From Ranitomeya imitator (Eukaryota), in assembly GCF_032444005.1 (NCBI RefSeq), contig NC_091290.1, positions 133,858,001-133,922,000 of the forward strand: a DNA stretch of 64,000 nucleotides. The letters run 5' to 3'. The notes under the pieces were generated by a model. The model had not been told where the DNA came from, searched no databases, and saw nothing but the letters and a program-made list of their open reading frames with translations. Of this stretch, positions 34,456 through 44,600 are shown in pieces. How positions within the stretch are numbered: position 1 is the stretch's first letter; each line of letters starts with the position of its first letter. The position numbers were made by a program, and so were the translations under genes.

Positions 34456-37400
34456 TCACACCAGAGACAGCTTCTTCATCGTCCTCCACCGGTCCTTTAT
34501 CATGATATGCGTGCGCTCCTTGAACGGATAATTATTCAGGATTTTCGTCCATTTGCCTTCACCATATTTTTCCACTCCCAACCGGATCCATTCGGTCTCT
34601 TCTGTTGACCATTTCTGCACAAAACGAAAAAAAGAAAAGTCAGCGCCTGCTGGGAGTTGTAGTGCTGCAGGTCGGCGACCCTGCAGTAGAGTATTCAGCT
34701 CGCACCACCAGCTGACCCTGGGCGATAAGCAACCCGTAATTTGAGAACGGTCACATTCACATGACAGCCCGGCCAATCAATGACGATCCTGACCGCGTGC
34801 ACATTGCACACAGTCAGGATTGGCCGTTCTGCGGTTACATGGGGCGAGTGCACAAATTTGGCTCCCTTTAACCCTTCCACCTCCGGGGCCATTTTCCAGT
34901 TTTATTTTTCCCCTATTTTATCATTTGATACGCTGGAAAAAAAGATGCGTTGAAATTGCAAAAAAAAAAGTGCAATTTCACAATAGTATTTTTTTTTTGG
35001 TTTTTATTGTGCACTATATGGTAACACAGACCGGCCATTATGATTGTCCAGGTCAGTACGAGTTTACAGATACCAAACATGTCTACTTTTTTTTTTTTTT
35101 CAAGTCATGAAAACAATTAGGAACTTCGAATAAAAAAAAAAAAAAAAAAAAAAAAAACTCGATGGACCTGAGTCATGTCAGTAAGGAGTTAAAATAAGAA
35201 CTGTCACTTTAAGTGGCCGTTGGATCACGAATCCCTTTAAGGGCAGTCTCACACGTCAAGATAATTCCGGTACCGGAAAAAAATCGGTACCGGAATTATC
35301 AGTGTCCGTGTGCCCCTACGTTTTTGTGGCACACGTGTGCCGCCCATGTGCCCACTGGGTACCACATGCACCGTGCTGGGTACTACACGTACCAGCATCT
35401 GGTGCTGAAGCCGCGATTCATATCTTCCCTGCAGCAGCGTTTGCTGTAGAGAAGATATGAATAACTGTGTTTAAAATTAAGATCTATGTGCCCCCCGCCC
35501 CCCCACCCCCTGTGCGCCCCCCGCTGTTCTGAAAATACTCACCCGGCTCCCTCGTTGGCTGTCGCTGCTTCCTGTTCTGGCCGCATCTTCTCCTGTATGC
35601 GGTCACGTGGGGCCGCTCATTTACAGTAATGAATATGCAGCTCCACCCCTATAGGTTGGCACATAGATCTTTATTTTAAACAGTATTATTCATATCTTCT
35701 CTACAGCAAACGCTGCTGCAGGGAAGATATGAATCGCGGCTTCAGCACCAGTGGGGGGGGGACAGCGCTTACTGTAGCGCAGTCTCCTGCACGGCACACG
35801 GACTGCACACGGACAACGTCCGTGTGCGGTACGTGCTTTACACGGACCCTTTGACTTTAATGGGTCCGTGTAATCCGTGCGCTCCCACGAACACTGACAT
35901 GTCTCCGTGTTTGGCACACGGAGACACGGTCCGCAAAAAATCAATGACATCTGAACAGATGCATTGATTTTTATGTGTCTACGTGTGTCAGTGGCTCCGG
36001 TACATGAGGAAACTGTCACCTCACGTACCGGAGCCACTGACGTGTGAAACCGGCCTAATTGTTCTATACGCAATCTTCTATCATAAGGGCACACATCATA
36101 TTTTCTATCCAGCGGCATATCTTAGACATAAGGGCGGCGCGGCGGCCATCTTACCTTCTTTTTAGCAGTGCTGATTGAATAGTTTGTAGATCCTGCAAAA
36201 TATAAAAATAAAAAAAAAAATTTACCACTGGTGACGGAGGAAATGTTTCCTGTGTAAAGTTTTCTTATTTAAAGGGGTTGTCCACAGGATATACAGTTTA
36301 CTAAGCTGAGATCGTCTGATCGCTTGTGCCACGCACAGCATTGCAGCCCGGCCGTGACCATTGCTGCACCACCTATAACCAGTGCTGGGCCGGTCAGGCA
36401 TTGGGTGGGAGGCATTTAACCTAACCACGTCCCAAATCTCCTGCTGGACCCTCGTGAAGTAGAATCCCTCCTTTATTACACAATTCACCAGTAAGGGAAG
36501 TACAATAGCGGCAGAGCCGGCGGCACTTACTGCTCCTGAGAAACAGCTCATCCTCGTCGCTCCAGGTTTCCGGCTCATCCGCAGGAGTCGCCCCGTCCGT
36601 GGCCGGATTGTCAGCTCTGCGGGGGAGGAACCAAACATGATATCACTGGAGGTCCGGCCTCGAATACTGCACTCATGTAACTGCTGAAACCAAGGGGGAT
36701 GTCCGGTGATCATATGACGGGTGGGGGTCCCCTTAACACTGCACACGTATGACCGCCGCTCCATCCATTCCCTATAGGGCTGCGCTCCGCTTTTTCCGGC
36801 GGCTCCATAGAGAATGAATAGAGTGCGATCCGCTTTGCAACAAAGGTAAAGACCCCCCCGCTCTGCCGGACTGCCACCGATCCGGCGAGCGGTCACAACC
36901 CAACATGGGGGCAAGGAGACTAGAGACCCCCGGGGAAAGCACTGGCAGGGGGATACCTGAAAAATGAGGCTATTTTACCATTAGAGTGTTCAATGTGTGG
37001 GAACGGGATATTTCGGGGCATAAAATAATTTTGGCAATACCAAAACAGTTACGTATACACATAATAAAATAAATATTATAAAGAATTTTATATTTGTTTT
37101 TAATTCAGAACTTTGTTTAAAAGGAACACGACGACGGCAGCAACGCAGAGCAGCGGCTCCATAAACCCGAGGGTCCCGACGTATTGTGCACCTTCATCCA
37201 TATGTGGGAAGGGATTGAAAAGGGTCGTCCGCATAAGGGGGTACGATCGCTGGGAATGTTGATGTCGGATAAAAAACAGTGGCAGGTTGGATCCATCTAT
37301 TTCTATGGGGCTGTGGGATAAAGCCCTATAGGGGATGCATGGTGAGCGCACTGCCACTCTGTTACTAATATGTATTTTTGATTTGCAACGACAACAGGCA

Positions 37401-40400
37401 TCGACTTAATGTTCCCTTTGAGCATCCGATAAAATAATAAAATGACATGTTTGGAATATAGGTCATCATGTGACTTTACAGTTTTCTCAGCCTCCATTCA
37501 GACTGGTCAGGTTCTCTCTAAAATCAACCCCAGACCTGGCGGGTAATAAGACGCGTGAAGTGCTTACAAGATTTTTCTTTTCTTCCTTGTGATGGGTGAG
37601 CTGAACAAGCTCCGGACAGGATCATTGCTGCGCTTGGGCTCCTCCTGGCTGCGCTTGGGCTCCTCCTGGCTGCGCTTGGGCTCCTCCTGGCTGCGCTTGG
37701 GCTCCTCCTGGCCGCGCTTGGGCTCCTCCTGGCCGCGCTTGGGCTCCTCCTGGCCGCGCTTGGGCTCCTCCTGGCCGCGCTTGGGCTCCTCCTGGCCGCG
37801 CTTGGGCTCCTCCTGGCCGCGCTTGGGCTCCTCCTGGCTGCGCTTGGGCTCCTCCTCGTTGCGCTTCGGCTCCTCCTCGTTGCGCTTCGGCTCCTCCTCC
37901 CTGCGCTTCGGCTCCTCCTCGCTGACGGTCTCCACTTTAACTTCCTCCTCTTCGTTTTCCTGCTGACTGTCCTGTTCCGTCACCAACTGGTGGAGAGACA
38001 CCAAACACCTCCGCTGTGCCATCTCCTGTATGATGGACGCCTCCTCTCTGGGGGAGCAAGCACGGGGGCTCTTATTGGTTTGCCTTTCAGGAGAGACCCT
38101 TTGTAGACAGGCGTCTCCCCTACAGAAGTCTGTCTCACAGAGGTGTCTGAATGTTACATCGGGGTTGTCATCTTGACAGAGTAATAAGAACTTAGATCTT
38201 ATGGCAGACAGGCTGCACGAGGGGCCGCGGTCTACGTCCGACCTGGAGGGACGAGAAGGACATACAGCTCATCAGTCCCCATTCTGTGCCTCACTAGACG
38301 GAGAGGACATCAACCAAACCAAGACAAACCTGGCTGCTTTCTTCTGTCCATGCTGCAATACCACGCACCACCTGTACACAAGGGTGGCGCCGTCTAGTAT
38401 AGAAAGCAGCCATGTTTCTCAACCCCTTTAACTATACAAGAACTCACTGAGAAGAGCTCAACCTTGATCTTAAACCCATTCCTGACAAAATGGCTACATT
38501 AGGGGCCCCCGAATACTCCAGGGTTATTCAGTCACTGTACGTACCCAGCTTCCTTTCCTTGGCTGGTGCCTTCATTGCTGTGTGATGCTGCAGTCAGACC
38601 ATGGGGTGCGGTGGTCTCGTCTTCGGGGGATGTATTTCCCAGGCTCGGCTCACGGTTTGTCTCTGGGTCGGTATCTTCCTCGGACTCTTCCTTCAGTTCT
38701 AGAAACTCTTCTTGTGCAAGCTTAAAAAAAAAAAAACAAAAAAAAAAGCACAGTGTGAATGCGGCTTTACGCCATCTCTTGCTGAGCAATTATTCCTCCC
38801 GGATCATAGAGTGACGGACCGCCGACACTTACGGTCAGTAGGAAGGAGGGAATTCTCTGGATCTTGCTCTCGAACAGGTCGTAAATCTTTTCTTTGATGG
38901 TAGACAAGGAAAAATTTGCGATCAGCGGATGCTTGACGTTCCTCTCCTGGATGATGTGCAGCAGATCCGCCCACAGCTGCTAAAAGAAGACAGACGAAAA
39001 TCTGCGCAACAGAGATGTGAAAAGTGGCCAATCCCAGGAGCAACACTCAGCTTATATCCATGGCTCCTGACAGATCCCCTCCCCCGAGGATCCGGGTGAA
39101 GCGGGCGGCCAGTACTCACTTGTGTATTTCGGCTCTTAGAAATGTACTTCGTCAGGATTTTGTTGGCTTTCTCAAACCGCTGCTTCTGTATACAGGTGAC
39201 CACGGCCTGGAAAAGAGCAACACATGAGTATCCGATGTGACACAGGACGGGCGGCCATACTCTGCGAGCACCGAGTCCGCAGCCGCGTCTTTAGGGGCCA
39301 CTTACTTACCAGCTCCTAAAAACTAGCAGGGGGACGGTGCTGTAAGAAGTAGAGGACAGAAGCGGTTTATAAATGCTTCTGTCTTCTAAGGGCTCGTGCA
39401 CGGGACCGATCTTCTCCAACGAGTGGTGTCTGTGGTTTTCATAGACTGCACTCGTACCTATGATATTCTACAGAGCTGCGGACATGTCAGATTTTTTCCC
39501 AGGTTGATTAATCAGCAGAAAAAAAAATTGGAGACCATGTTTGATTTTGATCTGAGTGTCAGATCAAAATTGACAATGCAAGTCTATGGGTCAGTGAAAA
39601 AAATAAATAAAAAAAAATAATAATTGGGACAGGAGTGCGCCGGACAGGACTGCGCGGGACAGGACTACGCCGGACAGGACTGCGGCCAGACAGGACTACG
39701 CCGGACAGGTGATAAAGAGGTTGTCCAAAGAAAACAAGTTAAGTCACTATAAGACTATTTGTTTTGCACACTCCCCCCAAAAAAATAAAAAATACCCCTT
39801 ACCGCCTCTTTCAGCATTTGCTTGTTGGCATTGATGAGATCCGCAGGGAACGACTTCTTCATCGTGTCCATGACTCTGACAGCTGATTCCAGCGGCGTGT
39901 AGCTCTCGTCTTCATCAAACGTACAGTCTGAGGATACAGGAAGAATCATTGGCTTATAGCGATCCTCACCAGGACGTACCGGGTCGGTGCCAAATCCCTC
40001 CTGCGCAGTTCCCAGGGGCGGCGAGCGGATCACCAGAAAAGTGCTGGACAAGGAACAATGACCCTGAAAGGTGAGGAGCAAGGGCCGCATTACTTACCGA
40101 GATCGTCCCCTTCTTCCACGCAGGAGAAGAGCTGCATGATGCGCAGAAGTTGTGTGTTCTCCTTCGCACTTTTTAAACGTCGCTGGATTAAAACTATTTT
40201 GAAAAAAAAAAATGGGATGAAATAAGAGACAGAAGCGCGACCGACGACATTTATGTGATTCGCTATTTTAAAGCTGAATGATTGTTAGCCCCAACTACAT
40301 GTATTTAAGTAAGAAAAACAAAAATGGCCCCAAAAGGAACCACCCCTTTAATTATGGGGGATGGAAAAAAAGGCATTATGGGAAATCCCGAGCGCTATCG

Positions 40401-41633
40401 GAGCACTTTAGCCCCTTAGATGCCACAGTCAAATGAAACCGCAGCATTTAAGGGGGATAGAAATGGAGGAAAGTGTCTCTTCTGACAGGGGGGCCAATGG
40501 CGTTATCATTATGGCCCCTGGATTAATTGAAGACCACCTGGATCTGCCTTATTTTTACACCTAAGATTGGTAATTTTACAAGACAGTGCGAAATTACAGA
40601 TAACAAAAACAATGTATTTTTTAAATAACATTCTTTTGACGCCTCTCACCATCTGTTCCAAGAACGCAAAAATAATAATACTTAAAAAAAAAAAGTAAAA
40701 TAATCTTGTAATAGTGCGCCACCTGCTGGCGACTTTCAGTAAATAAATAACATCCTGTAATAGTGCGCCACCTGCTGGCGACTTTCAGCAAATAAATAAC
40801 ATCCTGTAATAGTGCGCCACCTGCTGGCGACTTTCAGTAAATAAATAACATCCTGTAATAGTGCGCCACCTGCTGGCGACTTTCAGCAAATAAATAACAT
40901 CCTGTAATGGTGCGCCACCTGCTGGCGACTTTCAGTAAATAAATAACATCCTGTAATAGTGCGCCACCTGCTGGCGACTTTCAGTAAATAAATAACATCC
41001 TGCAATAGTGCGCCACCTGCTGGGGCCTTCGAGTGTAGCAGTTACCCGCTCCTTACGCGACACGATGTCCCGGATCTGTGCGAAGTCCTCCTTACGGCAG
41101 TTTTTGAAGGCGTCCACGTACAGATGGAAAAAGTATTCCAACACCCACTGGTTTACCAGAGGCTCCAGTCTTAGCAGGTTGCAGTCCTCGGTGCCCAACT
41201 CCATCCTGCACCCTATTAGTAAAAAAATAAGTAATTCTGCCGCGAAATGGCCCCACTTCCGGTGATGCTGTCATGTGACTTGGATGTTGACGTCGGCCAT
41301 GATGGGAAGGGCGGAAGTTGTGATTTTTATTATTATTATTTTCGCTTTTTTACGTGTAAAAATGTGCACATAATGAGATGCAAGCAGTTGCTGTATTAGA
41401 TTAGATTAGAGATACAGTTTTCGGTTCCCACATCAAACATGGCTGCTTTTTTCTTTTTTATATGTCTATTCTAATTGGTTGGTGGCCTGAGAGAACCGGC
41501 GCTAGTGATTGGATGACTGTTTTGCGAGCATCCCGCCTTTCTGAAGGCGATTGGTTGTCACCTTGGAGACCTCACCTGTGTCCATGAGCCGAGTGTCTGA
41601 GGCGTCGCTGCTACGGAAGCCGGGGGTCGTCAT
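34456..41633 (-). CDS. TERF2: Telomeric repeat-binding factor 2 (600 aa from ATG 41633, or 578 aa from ATG 41204)
   Basis: complement(join(34456-34614,36155-36192,36531-36616,37568-38242,38545-38720,38833-38979,39120-39206,39803-39927,40098-40193,41057-41212,41576-41633)), total 1803 nt, phases consistent. TRFH domain ([11 protein letters not shown]..., TPLESAV), RAP1-binding-like LSAIRSKF..., [10 protein letters not shown], Myb domain [22 protein letters not shown]...[12 protein letters not shown]. The first exon 41576-41633 is less certain (~0.55). Confidence 0.92.
35242..36056. mobile_element. MITE with internal ~90-bp inverted repeat, TERF2 last intron
   Basis: Ends GGCAGTCTCACACGTC...GACGTGTGAAACCGGCC flanked by TAA. 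Internal arms ~35400-35490 and ~35660-35750 are reverse complements. Confidence 0.7.
37627..37920 (-). repeat. Coding 21-bp tandem repeat, 14 copies, in TERF2 exon
   Basis: Unit CAG GAG GAG CCC AAG CGC (A/G)GC on the minus strand, encoding (Q/E)EEPKR(S/G/N/R) x14 in frame. Confidence 0.95.
40709..41024. repeat. 49-bp tandem array (6 full units plus a partial 7th) carrying CTCF and forkhead motifs
   Basis: Unit TAATAGTGCGCCACCTGCTGGCGACTTTCAGTAAATAAATAACATCCTG; the core CGCCACCTGCTGG starts at 40717 + 49n (n=0-6). Confidence 0.93.
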
Positions 41634-41668
41634 ATCAGTAGTTACGTAACGCGGTTTACACACCGGCA
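41634..41668. promoter_or_regulatory. TERF2/CYB5B divergent spacer with perfect PAR-bZIP palindrome
   Basis: GTTACGTAAC at 41641-41650. Reverse-CCAAT boxes (ATTGG) lie at ~41475, ~41508 and ~41550 upstream of CYB5B. Confidence 0.65.
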
Positions 41669-44600
41669 ATGGCGAACGGTGAAGGCGGCTCCAGCGAGGA
41701 GTCTGAGGCGACTTACTACAGCCTGGAAGATGTGAGGAAAAGAAACAGCGCGAAAGAGCTATGGCTGGTGATCCACGGCCGGGTGTACGACATCACACGC
41801 TTTGTGGAAGAGGTGAGGACCGGACGGCGACGGTGACTGAGGCGGGGGCGTCTGTGCGGCTTCACCCGGGGGAAAGAAGAGTGACCGTGATGTGTGCGAC
41901 TGTATCTGCACTAGAGGCGTTACAGCAGAGGAGAGCGTCCCCGGTATAATGGGGCGTCCCCGGTATATGGCCGGTATAATGGGGCGTCCCCGGTATATGG
42001 CCGGTATAATGGGGCGTCCCCGGTATATGGCCGGTATAATGGGGTGTCCCCGGTATATGGCCGGTCTCCGGTATAATGGGGCGTCCCCGGTATATGGCCG
42101 GTATAATGGGGCGTCCCCGGTATAATGGGGCGTCCCCGGTATAATGGGGCGTCCCCGGTATAATGGGGCGTCCCCGGTATAATGGGGCGTCCCCGGTATA
42201 TGGCCGGTATAATGGGGCGTCCCCGGTATATGGCCGGTATAATGGGGCGTCCCCGGTATATGGCCGGTATAATGGGGCGTCCCCGGTATATGGCCGGTCC
42301 CCGGTATAATGGGGCGTCCCCGGTATATGGCCGGTCTCCGGTATAATGGGGCGTCCCCGGTATATGGCCGGTCTCCGGTATAATGGGGCGTCCCCGGTAT
42401 ATGGCCGGTCCCCGGTATAATGGGGCGTCCCCGGTATAATGGGGCGTCCCCGGTATATGGCCGGTCTCCGGTATAATGGGGCGTCCCCGGTATATGGCCA
42501 GTCTCCACTGTAATGGGGCGTCCCCGGTATATGGCCGGTTTCCACTATAATGGGGCGTCCCCGGTATATGGCCGGTCTCCGGTATAATGGGGCGTCCCCG
42601 GTATATGGCCAGTCTCCACTGTAATGGGGCGTCCCCGGTATATGGCCGGTTTCCACTATAATGGGGCGTCCCCGGTATATGGCCGGTCTCCGGTATAATG
42701 GGGCGTCCCCGGTATATGGCCAGTCTCCACTGTAATGGGGCGTCCCCGGTATATGGCCGGTTTCCACTATAATGGGGCGTCCCCGGTATATGGCCGGTTT
42801 CCACTGTAATGGGGCGTCCCCGGTATATGGCCGGTTTCCACTGTAATGGGGCGTCCCCGGTATATGGCCGGTTTCCACTGTAATGGGGCGTCCCCGGTAT
42901 ATGGCCGGTTTCCACTATGTGAAAGAGGATCTGTTACCAGAAAGATCCTAATTACATATGTAGGGGCGGCTGGAATACTGTGTCCGGTTTTGGGCACCAC
43001 ATTTAAAAAAAAAAATGCATCAACAAAGTGTAGTAAGTTCAGAGAAGAGCCACCAGGATGGTGACCGGTCTGCAAACCATGTCCTGTGAAGAACGGTTAC
43101 AGGATCTGGGAATGTTTAGCTTGCAAAAAAGGAGACTTACTATGTGTCTACAAATATCTCTAGGGCTGTCACATTGTAGAAGGATGATCTTTATTCTCAT
43201 TTGCACAATGAAAGACTACAACCCCTGGCAATAATTATGGAATCGCCGGCCTTGGAGGATGTTCATTCAGTTGTTTAATTTTGTAGAAAAAAATCATATC
43301 ACAGACATGGCACAAAACTACAGTCATTACAAATGGCACTTTCTGGCTTTAAGAAACACCAAAAGAAATCAAGAACATAAATGTGGTAGTCAGTGATGGT
43401 TACTTTTTTTTAACCAAGCATTGATAAAAAATTATAGAGTCATGAAAAACAAACAAACAAAAAAACCCTTCAACACATCACTAGTATTTTGTTGCACCAC
43501 CTCTGGCTTTTCTAACAGCTTGCAGTCTCTGAGGTCTGGACTTAATGAGTGTCACACAGGACTCTCCATCAATCTGGCTCCAACTTTCTCTGATTGCTGT
43601 TGCCAGATCAGCTTTGCAGGTTGGATTCCTGTCATGGACCATTTTCTTCAACTTCCATCAAAGATTTTCCATTGGATTGAGATCCGGACTATTTGCAGCC
43701 ATGACATTGACCTTATGTGTCTATTTTCAAGGAATTTTTTCACAGTTTTTGCTCTATAGCAGGATGCATTATCATCTTGAAAAATGATTTCATCATCCCC
43801 AAACATCCCTTCAATTGATGGGATAAGAAAAGTGTCCAAAATATCAACATAAACTTGTGCATTTACTGAAGATGTAATGGCAGCCATCTCCCCAGTGCCT
43901 TTACCTGACATGCAGCCCCATATCATCAATGACTGTGGAAATTTGCATGTTCTCGTCAGGCAGTCATCTTTATAAATCTCATTGGAACGGCACCAAACAA
44001 AACTTCCAGCATCATCACCTTGCCCAATGCAGATTCGCGATTAATCACTGAATATGACTTTCATCCAGTCATCCACAGTCCACGATTGCTTTTCCTTAGC
44101 CCATTGTAACCTTTTTCTGTTTAGGTGTTAATGATGGCTTTCGCTTAGCTTTCCTGTATGTAAATCCCATTTCCTTCAGGCGGTTTCTTACAGTTCGGTC
44201 ACAGACGTTGACTCCAGTTTCCTCCCATTCGTTCCTCATTTGTTTTGTTGTGCATTTCCTGTTTTGGAGACATATTGCTTTAAGTTTCCTGTCTTGAAGC
44301 TTTGATGTCTTCCTTGGTCTACCAGTATGTTTGCCTTTAACAACATTCCCATGTTGTTTGTATTTGGTCCAGATTTTAGACACAGCTGACTGTGAACAAC
44401 CAACATCTTTTGCAACATTGCGTGATGATTTACCCTCTTGTAAGAGTTTGATAATCCTCTCCTTTGTTTCAATTGACATCTCTCGTGTTGGAACCATGAT
44501 TCATGTCAGTCCACTTGGTGCAACAGCTCTCCGAGGTGTGATCACTCCTTTTTAGATGCAGACTAGCGAGCAGATCTTATTTGATGCAGGTGTTATTTTT

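Noticed and set aside
36222-36914. 230 aa minus-strand ORF
   Set aside because: It spans a TERF2 exon in the wrong frame plus repeat-derived intron sequence; no recognisable homology.
40709-41024. CRISPR-like appearance of the regular 49-bp array (also the 43- and 86-bp arrays)
   Set aside because: Units are head-to-tail with no unique spacers, there are no cas genes, and the context is a spliced vertebrate locus.
41759-42915. 249-338 aa ORFs on the - strand
   Set aside because: Translations of the CYB5B intron 1 minisatellite.
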